A stretch of 64,000 bases of DNA, from assembly GCA_034003585.1 (NCBI GenBank), contig JAVEYH010000004.1, forward strand, positions 16,488-80,487. The letters run 5' to 3'. The position numbers and the translations under genes were made by a program. Shown here one piece after another: positions 42,941 through 52,679 of the stretch. The stretch comes from Kiritimatiellia bacterium (lineage in GTDB: Bacteria; Verrucomicrobiota; Kiritimatiellia; RFP12; UBA1067). Within the stretch, counting starts at the first letter, position 1; each line of letters begins with the position of its first letter. The notes beneath the pieces were generated by a model. The model ran no database searches and was not told the origin of the DNA. It saw only the letters and a program-made list of their open reading frames with translations.

Positions 42941-44637
42941 CCCGCATCCCCCTCTCCCCGGCGCGCGCGCCGGTCCCGCACGGCCCCGGCCGCGAGCAGC
43001 ATCGCGAACACGGCCGCGCCGGGCATCCCCAACATCCAATCCCCCCACACCGTATAGGGCGCGCGCAACGGAACCTCCGGCACCGTCACGGGCGTCACCA
43101 GGAACCCGTCGAAATCCGCGACCGCGCCGCCGGATTCCAGCCGTTTGACGCGCCCCACCGCATCCACCGCGCACGACACGCCGGAATTCGCGGCCCGCAC
43201 CAGCGGCACCCCGTTCTCCACGGCGCGGAACACCGCCTGCTGCTGGTGCTGCAACGGCTCGACCGACCCGCTGAACCACGCGTCGTTGGTCATCAGCACC
43301 AGCAGCCGCGCGCCCGCGCGCACCGCCTCCCGGCTCAACGAGGGAACCGTGTCCTCAAAACAGATCAGCGGGCCCAGACTCAGGGTCCGGCCCGCGGCCC
43401 GCGCCACATGCAGGGGCCCCGGCCCGCGGCCCGGCGTGCAGCTCACGCCGGTCGGCGCGAAACGCTGCAGCCACGGGACGAACTTATCGCCGGGGATATA
43501 TTCGCCGAACGGAACCAGATGCCGCTTGCGGTAACGCCCCAACGTCTCGCCGGTCGCGGAAACAAGCCAAGCGGCGTTATAATAGCGGCATCCTTCAGGC
43601 GCCACGCGCGAAACCTTGACGTGCTCGATCTCCAGCGCGCCGGTCAGCAGCGGGGCGCCGGCCGCCGCCGCACCCTCCCGGATCACACGCATCGTATCGG
43701 CGTCGTAAGGCACGGAGCCCATGACCGCGGTCTCGGGCCAGACCACCAGATCCGGCTTGGCCGCGCCCACGAGGCGGGACTGGCTGACCAGCCGTTCCCA
43801 CTGCGTCCGCACCGTTTCGTCGTTGACCGTAAAAATGCAGGGCGCGTTCGGCTGGATCAGCGCGATCCGGCACACGCCGCTTTGCCGCGCCTCCCGGTCC
43901 CACGCGCGGACCCGCCCCATGCCCCAGAACCACACGGCGAGCACCGCAACCAGCGGCAGGAAGGTCTCGGCCGAACGCGCCAGCCTCCCCGCCCAACCGC
44001 ACACCGGACCGGCCGTCGGCGGAAGCGGACGGCACCGCGCGATGAACGGTTCCGCCACCCGTTCCAGCAGGCTCGCCACCGCGCCGTTACCCATCACGAG
44101 CAGCGCGGATACTCCGTAGACGCCCGTGACCGACGCCACCTGGATCAGGGCCGTGTTGTCCACCTGGCTGACCCCCAGAAAGTTCCAGGCGAAGCCGGAG
44201 AGCAACCGTCCCCGCGCAACCTCGGCCCCGACCCACAACAGGGGATCGAGCACCGCCACCGCCGCCACGCGCCGCCATCCCGGAATCTGCCCTGCCCAAC
44301 CCCAGACGCGGGCCGAGGCCGATCCGGTCACAGCCAGGAACAGCGCGCACCAGGCCGCCAGCGCCCCCTGTCCCAGCAGCACCAGAAACCACGGGCCGTT
44401 GTTGCGGATGATCGCCGGGAACCAACTCAACGTCAGAAGCCAGAAGAGCATCCCGCACAGCCACGACCAGCCGAACGCCTCACGCGGCCGGCTCCGACGG
44501 ATCACCAGAAACAGCGGGGCCAGCGCCATCCACATGCCTTCCGCCTGCGCCTGCGGCGGAAACGCCGCCCACATCAGCAGGCCGCTCGTGCCCGCCGCCG
44601 CCCCCTTGACCCACCCCGTCCTCAATCGTGCTGTCAC
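42937..44637 (-). CDS. lnt: Apolipoprotein N-acyltransferase
   Basis: GTG start at 44637. N-terminal membrane helices (…AFPPQAQAEGMWMALAPLFLV…) align with the E. coli Lnt N-terminus. C-terminal CN-hydrolase domain with WPE, RKRHLVPFGEYIP and ICFE motifs. Confidence 0.85.
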   Translation of the reverse strand: MTARLRTGWVKGAAAGTSGLLMWAAFPPQAQAEGMWMALAPLFLVIRRSRPREAFGWSWLCGMLFWLLTLSWFPAIIRNNGPWFLVLLGQGALAAWCALFLAVTGSASARVWGWAGQIPGWRRVAAVAVLDPLLWVGAEVARGRLLSGFAWNFLGVSQVDNTALIQVASVTGVYGVSALLVMGNGAVASLLERVAEPFIARCRPLPPTAGPVCGWAGRLARSAETFLPLVAVLAVWFWGMGRVRAWDREARQSGVCRIALIQPNAPCIFTVNDETVRTQWERLVSQSRLVGAAKPDLVVWPETAVMGSVPYDADTMRVIREGAAAAGAPLLTGALEIEHVKVSRVAPEGCRYYNAAWLVSATGETLGRYRKRHLVPFGEYIPGDKFVPWLQRFAPTGVSCTPGRGPGPLHVARAAGRTLSLGPLICFEDTVPSLSREAVRAGARLLVLMTNDAWFSGSVEPLQHQQQAVFRAVENGVPLVRAANSGVSCAVDAVGRVKRLESGGAVADFDGFLVTPVTVPEVPLRAPYTVWGDWMLGMPGAAVFAMLLAAGAVRDRRARRGEGDAG

Positions 44638-44646
44638 CCTCAGTCC

Positions 44647-45171
44647 CTACACCTTCTTGTACGCGCACCAGACAAACGACACGATCGCCGCGCCCCAGAG
44701 CACCGCGACACAGTACCACGGCGACAGGCCCGTCACCTGCGGCAGGGTCAGCGGCCCGCGATCAAACCACGCCAGCACGCTCGCCCTGAGCCAGGGCTCG
44801 GCCTCGGCATAGAGCGCCGCGCCCGCGAGCATGCCCGCGAGCACAAACAGCGCGTGCCACCGCCCCTCCGCCACCGCGCCCACCGCGGTACCCGGGCAGA
44901 GCCCCGCATACGCCCACCCCGCGCCGAACAACAGCCCCCCGACGATCACGCCCGCGTGCAGCGGCCGGGGACTCATCGTGATCCGCCCCGCCTCCGCCAA
45001 CAGTTGCAGCCCCACGCTGCCCACCAGAATCGCCGAGAACAGGAATTTCACGACCGTCATGTCACGAAACAGCAGGGCGCCGACCTGCCTGTCGAAGCGC
45101 AGCACCCCGGCCTTCTGCATCAGGAAGCCGAACAGGCACCCGGTCACCAGCCCCAAAAGCGGCTCACTCAT
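44647..45171 (-). CDS. YeeE/YedE-family (putative sulfur-compound/thiosulfate transporter) membrane protein, half-size subunit
   Basis: Four TM helices. Conserved Cys motif AYAGLCPG. 8-nt overlap with the upstream half gene. Confidence 0.65.
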   Translation of the reverse strand: MSEPLLGLVTGCLFGFLMQKAGVLRFDRQVGALLFRDMTVVKFLFSAILVGSVGLQLLAEAGRITMSPRPLHAGVIVGGLLFGAGWAYAGLCPGTAVGAVAEGRWHALFVLAGMLAGAALYAEAEPWLRASVLAWFDRGPLTLPQVTGLSPWYCVAVLWGAAIVSFVWCAYKKV

Positions 45172-45712
45172 ACACATCCCCCCGCTTGCCGATCGACCGG
45201 GCGAGCACCGCCCCGCCCATGAAAAAACAGGCCATCCCGACCAGACCGCTCACCGAAAGCTGCATCACCCCGCTGAGCCCGAGCCCGCTCGGGCACCCCC
45301 CGGCCAGCCGCGCCCCGAACAAAGCCACCGCCCCGCCCAGAAACCCGCCCGCCGCGCGCTTCGCCACATTCGGTCCGAAACGCTTGCGCCAGCGTTCCGG
45401 CACCCATTCGGATTCGAAGGTGCGGCCGCCCAACGCCGCGATCAGGGCACCCAGGGCGATCCCGCACACCAAACCGGCCTGCCAGTCCCAGACGCCTTTG
45501 TGCTTTTTCAGGTAATCGTTCCGGGCCGCGTGCTCCGGGATGATCCGCCGCTCGATTTCCGCCGCGGCCCGCACAACCGTGGTGGAGGTTCCGAAATATA
45601 CGGTGCGTCCCGTGACTCGTGTCGTGGCGTACGCCGACGCGATCGCGAGCAGGCCGGTCAGCGCGCCCGTCAGATAGGGATTCCAGCGGCGCTCCCGTTT
45701 TTTGCCGATCAT
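45164..45712 (-). CDS. YeeE/YedE-family membrane protein, half-size subunit
   Basis: ATG 45712 with GGGAAAGGAG SD (MIGKKRERRWNPYLTGALTGLLAIASAYA…). Conserved Cys motif LAGGCPSG. The track ORF start at 46063 is rejected because it reads through the divergent panD promoter region. Confidence 0.6.
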   Translation of the reverse strand: MIGKKRERRWNPYLTGALTGLLAIASAYATTRVTGRTVYFGTSTTVVRAAAEIERRIIPEHAARNDYLKKHKGVWDWQAGLVCGIALGALIAALGGRTFESEWVPERWRKRFGPNVAKRAAGGFLGGAVALFGARLAGGCPSGLGLSGVMQLSVSGLVGMACFFMGGAVLARSIGKRGDVYE

Positions 45713-45848
45713 TCCGTCTCCTTTCCCGCGTCCGGACTGCACGAAGTTAAGCATAACACGCCCCGGGAGACGGGTCAACGGCGCGCGAATCCGCACTTGC
45801 ATAATCCGGTACGCCCGCTTATCCTGTGCCGCGCTTGAAGGGAATCCC

Positions 45849-46208
45849 ATGTACTGCACGCTGCTGAAAGCCAAACTGCACCACCTCCGGGTGACGCAGG
45901 CGGATAAGGAGTACGAGGGCAGCCTGACGATCGACGAGGATCTGATGGACGCCGTCGGCATCCTGAATTTCGAAAAACTGCTGGTCGCCAATCTCGACAA
46001 CGGCGAGCGGTTCGAGACGTATGCCATCCGCGGCCCGCGCGGCAGCGGCGTGGCATGCCTCAACGGCGCGGCTTCCTATAAGGGCCAGATCGGCGACCGC
46101 CTGATCGTGATGGTGTGGTGCCTGCTGGACGACGCCGGGCGCGCGGCGCACCACCCCCGGATCGTGCGCCTCGACGAACGCAACCGCATCGTGGCCGCCG
46201 CCGTCTGA
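45849..46208 (+). CDS. panD: Aspartate 1-decarboxylase
   Basis: MYCTLLKAKLHHLRVTQADKEYEGSLTIDEDLMDAVGILNFEKLLVANLDNGERFETYAI… is collinear with E. coli PanD, including the G-S pro-enzyme cleavage site region (YEGSLTID). Confidence 0.9.
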   Translation: MYCTLLKAKLHHLRVTQADKEYEGSLTIDEDLMDAVGILNFEKLLVANLDNGERFETYAIRGPRGSGVACLNGAASYKGQIGDRLIVMVWCLLDDAGRAAHHPRIVRLDERNRIVAAAV

Positions 46209-46301
46209 TCGCGGCCATCCAAATCTTTTCTTCTGCGCGGTTGACATCCGCACCCGGGGATGGTTAAATACCCCGACTTTTTCGCACAGAAAAGGGCCTG
46301 T

Positions 46302-46377
46302 GGGGGTATAGCTCAGTTGGTAGAGCGCTTGAATGGCATTCAAGAGGTCGGGGGTTCGACTCCCCCTACCTCCACCA
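46302..46377 (+). tRNA. tRNA-Ala (anticodon GGC), CCA encoded
   Basis: Cloverleaf folded by hand. Acceptor GGGGGTA/TACCTCC with G3:U70. Anticodon loop ATGGCAT. T-arm GGGGGTTCGACTCCCCC. 3' ACCA. Confidence 0.9.
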
Positions 46378-46621
46378 CGTATCAGCCCGGCCGCTGGGGC
46401 CGGCACTCTGCGAGTTGAACGCTGCGCGTTCACGCCGCCCTCCCGTTCCTGACCCCAACCTGTCTAAGACGGCACTCCGCTTTCGCCGCTTGAACCCCGC
46501 GGTTTCGTTGTGTACTATCGGGTTCGATGAATCGTGTTCCGTTTTCCCTTCGTCCGGGTACGGCAAATCGCGGCCGCGCGGCTGACGGCGGGATCGGATG
46601 CGATCAGGGGGAGGAAATCGT

Positions 46622-48766
46622 ATGAATCGGGCTTGGGGATGCGTTGTTCCGCTTTCGATCGGCTTGTTGCTGAGCGGCTGTTCCGGCATCGGCGTGACAC
46701 AGAAGGGGACGGTGCTGCACGTCGCGCCGGACGGGAACGACGCCTGGAGCGGACGGCTGGAGCGGGCCGCAAACCATGACGGCCCCCTGGCGACGCCGGA
46801 CGGCGCGCGCCGGGCGGTGCGCGCCTTGCGGGCATCCGGCGCCTTGCCGCCGGGGCCGGTGACGGTTCTTTTCGCGCCAGGCGTCTACCGGCAAGCCGCG
46901 CCGCTGTATTTCACGGGACAGGACGCGGGAACCGCGGAGTCGCCGGTCCGATATGTGGCGCGGCCCGGAACGGATGTGGTTTTTTCGGGCGGCATCGCGG
47001 TCCCTCCCGCTTGGGAAATCCAGGACGACGTGGCGGCAGCCCGGCTGGAGGCAGCGGCACGGCCGCATGTCCGGATCTATGATATCGGGAACGGCCGACT
47101 GCCGGAAATCCCCGAGCCGGGCAAGAATGCCTGGTTCGCCCCGCTCTGGTCATCGGAAAACAAAATCCCGCTGACCGCCGCCCGCTGGCCGAACGCGGGT
47201 TTCGCGAAAATCGCGGACGCCAAGCGTACGAAAAAAGGTGTGGCCCCTTCGCCGGAGGAGAACGGATTCACCTATGCGGGTGACCGCCCGGACCGGTGGG
47301 CCGGGGAGGCGGACCCGCGCGTCTCCGGTTTTCTGGGAAACGACTGGGCCGCGGCGAACGTGCGCGTCGCCTCGATCGATCCCGCCCGCAAGCGCATCAC
47401 GCAGGGCAAGCCTTCCAGCGCGTACGGATTCCGGAAAGGCGGCCGCTGGTTCGGCTACAATCTTTTGTGCGAGTTGGACGCGCCCGGGGAGGTTTACGCC
47501 GACCTGAAGGCCAAACGCCTGTTCCTGTGGCCAAGGGCGGAAAAGAAAAACGCGGAACTTGAGGTCGCCGGGTGCCGGACGCTCCTGATTCTTCGGGAAA
47601 CCGCCCATCTCGCGTTCGAGGGGATCACCTTCACCTCCGGACTGGAGTCCGGTGTCGAAGTCGGACAGAGCGAAGACCTGGCGTTCGTGCGTTGTCAGTT
47701 CCGCTCCATCGCGGGAACGGGGCTGCGCATGGATGCCGTGCGCCGCGTGCGGGTGGCCGGGTGCGAGTTCACCCATTTGGGGGCGGGCGGAATCTCCGCC
47801 TCGTCGGGCGACGCCCTGCAATTGACGCCCGGCGGGCTGGTCATCGACAACAATCATTTCGCGTTTTTCGGCCTCACCTCCCTCAGTTATGCGCCGGCCC
47901 TCCAGCTTAGCGGCTGTGGCGCGCGGGTGACGCACAACCTGTTTCATGACGGCCCCCATGCGGCAATCCTGTTCGGAGGCCGTGAACACCACATCGTCCA
48001 CAATGAGATTCACAGCGTCTGTCTGGTGGCCGGAGAAATGGGCGCGATCTATACCGGACGGGACTGGACCCTGGTCGGCAACGTGATCGAGGGAAATTTC
48101 ATCCACGACATCTACCGCCCGTGCCCGCAGCCCACCCGGGGCATCATGCTGGATGACGGCGCGGGTGGTCTGACCATACGGAACAACCTTTTTGTGCGCT
48201 GCGCCGAGGGCCTCTGCCTGTCCGCGATCGGCAACGTGGTCTCCAACAACGTGTTCGTCGCGTGCTTCCCATCGATCGGGGCCTGGCGGAACTGGACCGC
48301 TCCGGAAGAGTTCGACCTGTCCCTCCGGAACAACGACACGCGGCTCGCGCGGCTGGCGAAGGTGCCGGTGGATGAAGCGCCGTGGAAGGAGCGCTACCCG
48401 GAATTGGCGATGCTTCGCGACGCCATCCGGGACCGGAAACCGCGCCCTGCGGCGACCTACAGCCGGATTGTCTCCAACGTGGCCTGGCAGGGCGGGGACG
48501 AGTGGATCCACAACCACTACAAGACCTTCGGCGGATGGGTGATCGAAAACAACTCGGTAGCGGAAGATCCGCTGTTCGTCTCGCCCGAACGGGACGATTA
48601 CCGTCTCCGGCCCCAGTCGCCCGCGCTCAAAATGGGGTTCCGTCCTCTGCCCATCGGAAAAATGGGGCTGTATGCCAGTTCCGAGCGGGCGGTATGGCCG
48701 GTTCCGCATCCGGTCTCCACCGGATGCGGCAACCTGAAGTATGTTCCGGAATCCGGCAAACCATGA
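46622..48766 (+). CDS. Right-handed beta-helix lipoprotein (paralogue of 25870..28620)
   Basis: GGGGGAGGAAATCGT SD before ATG 46622. Lipobox LLLSGCSG. PbH1 repeats. C-terminal DPLFVSPERDDYRLRPQSPALKMGFRPLPIGKMGLY. Confidence 0.75.
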   Translation: MNRAWGCVVPLSIGLLLSGCSGIGVTQKGTVLHVAPDGNDAWSGRLERAANHDGPLATPDGARRAVRALRASGALPPGPVTVLFAPGVYRQAAPLYFTGQDAGTAESPVRYVARPGTDVVFSGGIAVPPAWEIQDDVAAARLEAAARPHVRIYDIGNGRLPEIPEPGKNAWFAPLWSSENKIPLTAARWPNAGFAKIADAKRTKKGVAPSPEENGFTYAGDRPDRWAGEADPRVSGFLGNDWAAANVRVASIDPARKRITQGKPSSAYGFRKGGRWFGYNLLCELDAPGEVYADLKAKRLFLWPRAEKKNAELEVAGCRTLLILRETAHLAFEGITFTSGLESGVEVGQSEDLAFVRCQFRSIAGTGLRMDAVRRVRVAGCEFTHLGAGGISASSGDALQLTPGGLVIDNNHFAFFGLTSLSYAPALQLSGCGARVTHNLFHDGPHAAILFGGREHHIVHNEIHSVCLVAGEMGAIYTGRDWTLVGNVIEGNFIHDIYRPCPQPTRGIMLDDGAGGLTIRNNLFVRCAEGLCLSAIGNVVSNNVFVACFPSIGAWRNWTAPEEFDLSLRNNDTRLARLAKVPVDEAPWKERYPELAMLRDAIRDRKPRPAATYSRIVSNVAWQGGDEWIHNHYKTFGGWVIENNSVAEDPLFVSPERDDYRLRPQSPALKMGFRPLPIGKMGLYASSERAVWPVPHPVSTGCGNLKYVPESGKP

Positions 48767-48779
48767 GACGGCGCCCGCC

Positions 48780-50195
48780 TCACTTTTCCACGGTCAGCGC
48801 CACATAAGCCAATTCCGCGTCCGGCAGGCCCGCACACCCTTTCACCTCGATAACCGCGTGGGTCGCCTTGTCCGGCGCCACGGCTTCGAGCCGGGATTCC
48901 GGATGGCCCAGCGCATGTTCCGCAAGCGCTTTCCCCTCGCGCGCGTGCGTGGCGAAGCGCAGCACGGCCTCGGCTCCCGGACGTTTCCACTCGACTTGCA
49001 CGCGGCAGACCTGCCCCGGCCTGACGGGCACCGCCTCGGTTCGCCAACCCCGGTCCCGCCCGCGCCGGTACCACATGTCCCGATGGTCAGGCGAGGTCCA
49101 CCGCAAGGCGAAGGCCGGATTGCGCAGCAAATTTCCGGGTGCCCGGGCAGGCGGCAAGGCGAGGTCGCACACGGTCTCCGCGCCGGAGATTGTGACCGGG
49201 CCTTCGAACAGCTCGCTGCCGGGACGCACCGCCAGCAGACGATACGCGCCGGGCGGGAGATTGCGGAACCGGTACACGCCCTGGGCGTCCGCCAGCGTCG
49301 AATACGAGGTGCCGGCGAGCATCACTTTGGCCGGCAGGACCCCCAACGGGCCCGGCACGGTCTCGCCGGTGACGCGCCCCTGCAGCACCCCGCCGCCGGG
49401 AGCGGCGGCAAGCAAGGCGCCGAGCGTGGCGCACAGGTCGGCGGCATTGCGGGCCGAAGCGTTGGCGCACGCGAGGATCAGCGGTTCGGCGGCCGCGCGG
49501 TCTCCGGCCGCGACCAACGGCTTGATGCGGTTGGCGATTTCAACCGTCTCGGCGTTCAACCGCTCCTGATTCGCCCAGTAGGCTTCAAAAGCGGAAGCGT
49601 CGTCGCTTCCCAGCACACGGGGAACATACCCCGCAATGCTGATCTGCTTGCCGTTCACCCAGTTTTCCATCGGCCCGTGCAGCGGGCCGTGTTCGAGTAT
49701 CGCGTGGGGCGGCGCGCCGGTATCCTCCGTGAAATGCAGCAGCGCCCCCACCCAGCGCGCGGCGTTCTGCGCGTTTTCCGTACGCAGCGCCTGCAGCGCG
49801 CGGCGGAAGTAGTGGCGGAACAGCACTTTGCTGTGTGCGCCGTACTTGCCGCTCTCGCACAGGAAAGCGTGCGACGTTTGAAGATGCGTGGGGCGCTCGG
49901 GCGAGAACAGATAGTCGTCGTAATAATAGGCCCCGCTCCACTCCATCCAAAGATCCGGCACCCAGCACGTGCTGCGGAGCTGCGCCGTTTCCGGGCCCAG
50001 CGCGCGGGCCAGCGGCGCGTCCGGCCCGATGGCGGCGACCGCATTCTGGGTGATGTCCGGATGGGGGCCCCACGCGAACAGGCTGCCCGCAACCAGAAGG
50101 CCGGCCAGGGCCAGCCCTTTTCTCAACCCGTCACAACCGCATACAGACGCGGGCCGCCCACCCGGGCGTAAAGGCAAAACAATATCCTTTTTCAT
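48780..50195 (-). CDS. Secreted zinc-dependent phospholipase C / S1-P1 nuclease-superfamily protein with carboxypeptidase-regulatory-like beta-sandwich domain
   Basis: Signal peptide …LVAGSLFA is followed by W-G-P-H, the N-terminal Trp as in S1/P1 nuclease and Zn-PLC. HFTEDTGAPPH resembles HFxGDxxQPxH. CarboxypepD_reg-like segment GRVTGETVPGPLGVLPAKVMLAG…YRFRNLPPGAYRL. Confidence 0.5.
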   Translation of the reverse strand: MKKDIVLPLRPGGRPASVCGCDGLRKGLALAGLLVAGSLFAWGPHPDITQNAVAAIGPDAPLARALGPETAQLRSTCWVPDLWMEWSGAYYYDDYLFSPERPTHLQTSHAFLCESGKYGAHSKVLFRHYFRRALQALRTENAQNAARWVGALLHFTEDTGAPPHAILEHGPLHGPMENWVNGKQISIAGYVPRVLGSDDASAFEAYWANQERLNAETVEIANRIKPLVAAGDRAAAEPLILACANASARNAADLCATLGALLAAAPGGGVLQGRVTGETVPGPLGVLPAKVMLAGTSYSTLADAQGVYRFRNLPPGAYRLLAVRPGSELFEGPVTISGAETVCDLALPPARAPGNLLRNPAFALRWTSPDHRDMWYRRGRDRGWRTEAVPVRPGQVCRVQVEWKRPGAEAVLRFATHAREGKALAEHALGHPESRLEAVAPDKATHAVIEVKGCAGLPDAELAYVALTVEK

Positions 50196-50247
50196 GCTGA
50201 CAGCATGCGGGATCTGCCCGGGTCTGTCAAGCCGCACCCAAAGGCGG

Positions 50248-51285
50248 TCACCCCTCCGCCAGCCGGGCGAGCAGCGTATCGGTCTGACCGTCCGTGCCGA
50301 TGGTGATCCGGAGATACTCGCCGGTCGCCGGGCCGGGGAAGTAACGCACCACGATCTTCGCCGCCTTGAGCGCGTCGAAGACCCTTTTCGCTTTCCCGTC
50401 CGGCGGGCGCGCGAAGAGGAAATTGGTTTGCGAATCGCAGACGCGCCAGCCCCGGCCGCGCAGTTCGCGCGTCAGGCGCTCGCGCGTCGCGCGGATTTTC
50501 CGGACGTTCTCACGCATGTGGGGCAGGTCGTTCAGCGCGGCCAGACCCACCGTCTGCGTAATCATGTCGAGATTGTAGGAATCCTTGATCTTGTACAGCG
50601 CGGCGATCAGCGGTTCCGGGCCGACGACGTACCCGAGGCGGAGCCCGGCCAGCGAGAAGGATTTGGAGAGGGTGCGCATGACCAGCGTGTTGGCCTGGCC
50701 CGCCTCCAGGGCGAGATCCATGCAGGACGTGTCAGCGAAATCGCCGTACGCCTCGTCAATCAGCACCACGCCGTCGAACGCGCGGCAGAACGCGGTCACC
50801 ACCGGCTTTTCATACAGCATGCTGGTGGGCGCGTTCGGGTTGGTCATCAGAAACAGCGAGGCCCGGTACTCCGCCGGCATGCGCCAGCGGAAATCCGGCG
50901 TCAGCGCCACCGGCCGTTTTTCCACGTTCCGGATCTCCGCCAGCACCGGATAGAGCGAATACGAGGGCACAAAGTAGCCGATGCCGCCGTCGTTCTCCAC
51001 AAAGGCGTAGGTGCTGAGCGCGAGGATCTCATCCGAGCCGTTGCCGATGAAGATCTGGCGGTCCGAACAGCCGTGGATCTCCGCGAGGCGCTGACGCAGC
51101 GCGTGGAAGAGCGGATCGGGGTAGAGGCGCAACCGGGAGCAGTCGAACGCGGCCAGTGCCTCCGCCACGCGGGGGCTGGGCGGATAGGGGTTCTCGTTGG
51201 TGTTGAGCTTGATGATCCCCGGATCGCGCGGCTGTTCGCCGGGGGTGTAGGCCTGCAGGGTCGCAATGTTCTGGCGGATGTACAT
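50248..51285 (-). CDS. hisC: Histidinol-phosphate aminotransferase
   Basis: ATG 51285 (MYIRQNIATLQAYTPGEQ…). Motifs IKLNTNENPYPPSP and MRTLSKSFSLAGLRLGY (PLP-binding Lys) are typical of HisC. Confidence 0.85.
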   Translation of the reverse strand: MYIRQNIATLQAYTPGEQPRDPGIIKLNTNENPYPPSPRVAEALAAFDCSRLRLYPDPLFHALRQRLAEIHGCSDRQIFIGNGSDEILALSTYAFVENDGGIGYFVPSYSLYPVLAEIRNVEKRPVALTPDFRWRMPAEYRASLFLMTNPNAPTSMLYEKPVVTAFCRAFDGVVLIDEAYGDFADTSCMDLALEAGQANTLVMRTLSKSFSLAGLRLGYVVGPEPLIAALYKIKDSYNLDMITQTVGLAALNDLPHMRENVRKIRATRERLTRELRGRGWRVCDSQTNFLFARPPDGKAKRVFDALKAAKIVVRYFPGPATGEYLRITIGTDGQTDTLLARLAEG

Positions 51286-51496
51286 GATCGGATAGTGTAT
51301 CAGATTCCGCGCGGCGGGCAACGGAATCGGTTGGCGAACGAGGCAGTGCGAACGGGGCGCGTGTTCTGCTCGTGGCCTGGCCGGGAACGCGGGTGCCCCC
51401 ACTCACAATTGGGTTTCAGGTTCCGGGTTTCTGGTTTCAGGTTGCGCGATGAAACGTTCCGTGATTCCGCGCGAGACTTTTTGCGCGAAACGTGGT

Positions 51497-51514
51497 GGCG
51501 GGCGGGGACGCCCG
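51497..51514. repeat. REP-like GC hairpin GCGGGCG-GGGA-CGCCCGC (second copy at 63403..63420)
   Basis: An identical 29-nt block GCGGGCGGGGACGCCCGCGCTCCCGACTC occurs in two intergenic regions. Confidence 0.4.
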
Positions 51515-51597
51515 CGCTCCCGACTCGCCCGTCCACCTTTTCACCGGAAACGCGTGACCTTCGCCCCTCCGCGGTCACGAACCGGTTCCGCGCCTCC

Positions 51598-52530
51598 TTA
51601 CCGGAGGCGTTCGACCGCAATGGTGTAGCGGAAGCGCGCGGACGCGTTGGGGGCGAGCGCGAGCGGCTCGTGGAAGATCATGGCGGGGCCCGCGACATAG
51701 TAGCCGCGGCCCCGGTGCGCCGTGACACTGTGCCGCGCGAACCAGGGCGAGGGATGGCGCGGGTTTTCGGGATGATCGCGAAAAGTGATGCGGGCGCGGG
51801 CGCCGGACGCGGCCGCAACCGCGACGACTTCCATGCGCGCGGCCGGCTCGCCACAGGTCATGGCGTTTGTCCGCCCCGCCTCCTGGGTGTACGTGTAGGT
51901 AAAGCCCGGACTGTCGGCAAAGCGCCACATCAGCCCCGCGTACCCGCCGGTGGCCCACACGCCCTGCCCGTCGCGCTTCGCGGGCGTGGCGGAGAAAACC
52001 GCGCCCTCCTCCCGCGCAAAGAAGGTGCTGTCCCACTCGATCGTGTAATTCCCGTCCGGCGCGGTTTCCACCCGTACGGCGCGTTGCTCGCGCACCAGGG
52101 TCCGGCCGCCCGCCGCGTAGTCGATCATGGCTTCGGCGCGGAAGGTCAGGTCCGGCGCGGGCGTGACGGTTTGCGCGACCACCCGCGTGACCCCACCCTT
52201 GGGGTCGGGCTCCCAGAAGTTCTTGCCGTTGATCATCTTCCAGGAAAACCAGAAGCCGAGGTGCCAGGCGTGGTCCGCGGGACGGAAGTTTGTGAGCACG
52301 TCATCCGTGCCCGGGATCGCGAGCGGGTGAAAATACGGTTTGCCCTCTTCGCTTTGCGGCACGTAGGTCCAGCAGGTCCGGTCGCCGAGGCGCATCGAAA
52401 CCGCGCCGGTGGTGGGGTCCGTGACGAACCGCCGCGCCTCCTGAGCGCGCAGAAGGGGCCCCCGGCCGAGAGCCCCCAGCGCGAAGACCAAAGCGACACG
52501 GCACCCGAAACGCGTTCCCTTCAAACCCAA
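51598..52530 (-). CDS. DUF6807 (PmoA-like) family secreted protein
   Basis: TTG start at 52530 supported by a strong GGAAGGAGGGG SD. Signal peptide MGLKGTRFGCRVALVFALGALG. This family is commonly paired with Gfo/Idh/MocA oxidoreductases in PVC bacteria (recollection, not searched). Confidence 0.55.
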   Translation of the reverse strand: MGLKGTRFGCRVALVFALGALGRGPLLRAQEARRFVTDPTTGAVSMRLGDRTCWTYVPQSEEGKPYFHPLAIPGTDDVLTNFRPADHAWHLGFWFSWKMINGKNFWEPDPKGGVTRVVAQTVTPAPDLTFRAEAMIDYAAGGRTLVREQRAVRVETAPDGNYTIEWDSTFFAREEGAVFSATPAKRDGQGVWATGGYAGLMWRFADSPGFTYTYTQEAGRTNAMTCGEPAARMEVVAVAAASGARARITFRDHPENPRHPSPWFARHSVTAHRGRGYYVAGPAMIFHEPLALAPNASARFRYTIAVERLR

Positions 52531-52679
52531 GAGCCCCTCCTTCCGGCGTCACCGCCACTGCGCGCCGTCGAACGTTTTCAGCACACCGCCCACTTTGACG
52601 GAATCGCCGGTTCTCGGCGTCAGGCCCGCCAACAACAGCGCACACCATCCCGCTTTCATCCGGACTCCCCCGCTTTCCC

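Noticed and set aside
42941-43279. Upstream 113-codon extension of the 41231..42940 ORF (track start 43279), and similar extensions of the DUF1848 (to 12801), YeeE-half (to 46063), ECF sigma (to 2136) and esterase ORFs
   Set aside because: The extensions run through neighbouring genes or promoters and are low-complexity. Internal ATG/GTG starts with SD sequences or conserved N-terminal motifs were preferred. Start choices remain uncertain.
46209-46621. Possible integration hotspot or genomic island at tRNA-Ala
   Set aside because: No integrase, direct repeat of the tRNA 3' end, or compositional shift was seen downstream. The adjacent genes resemble the rest of the window.
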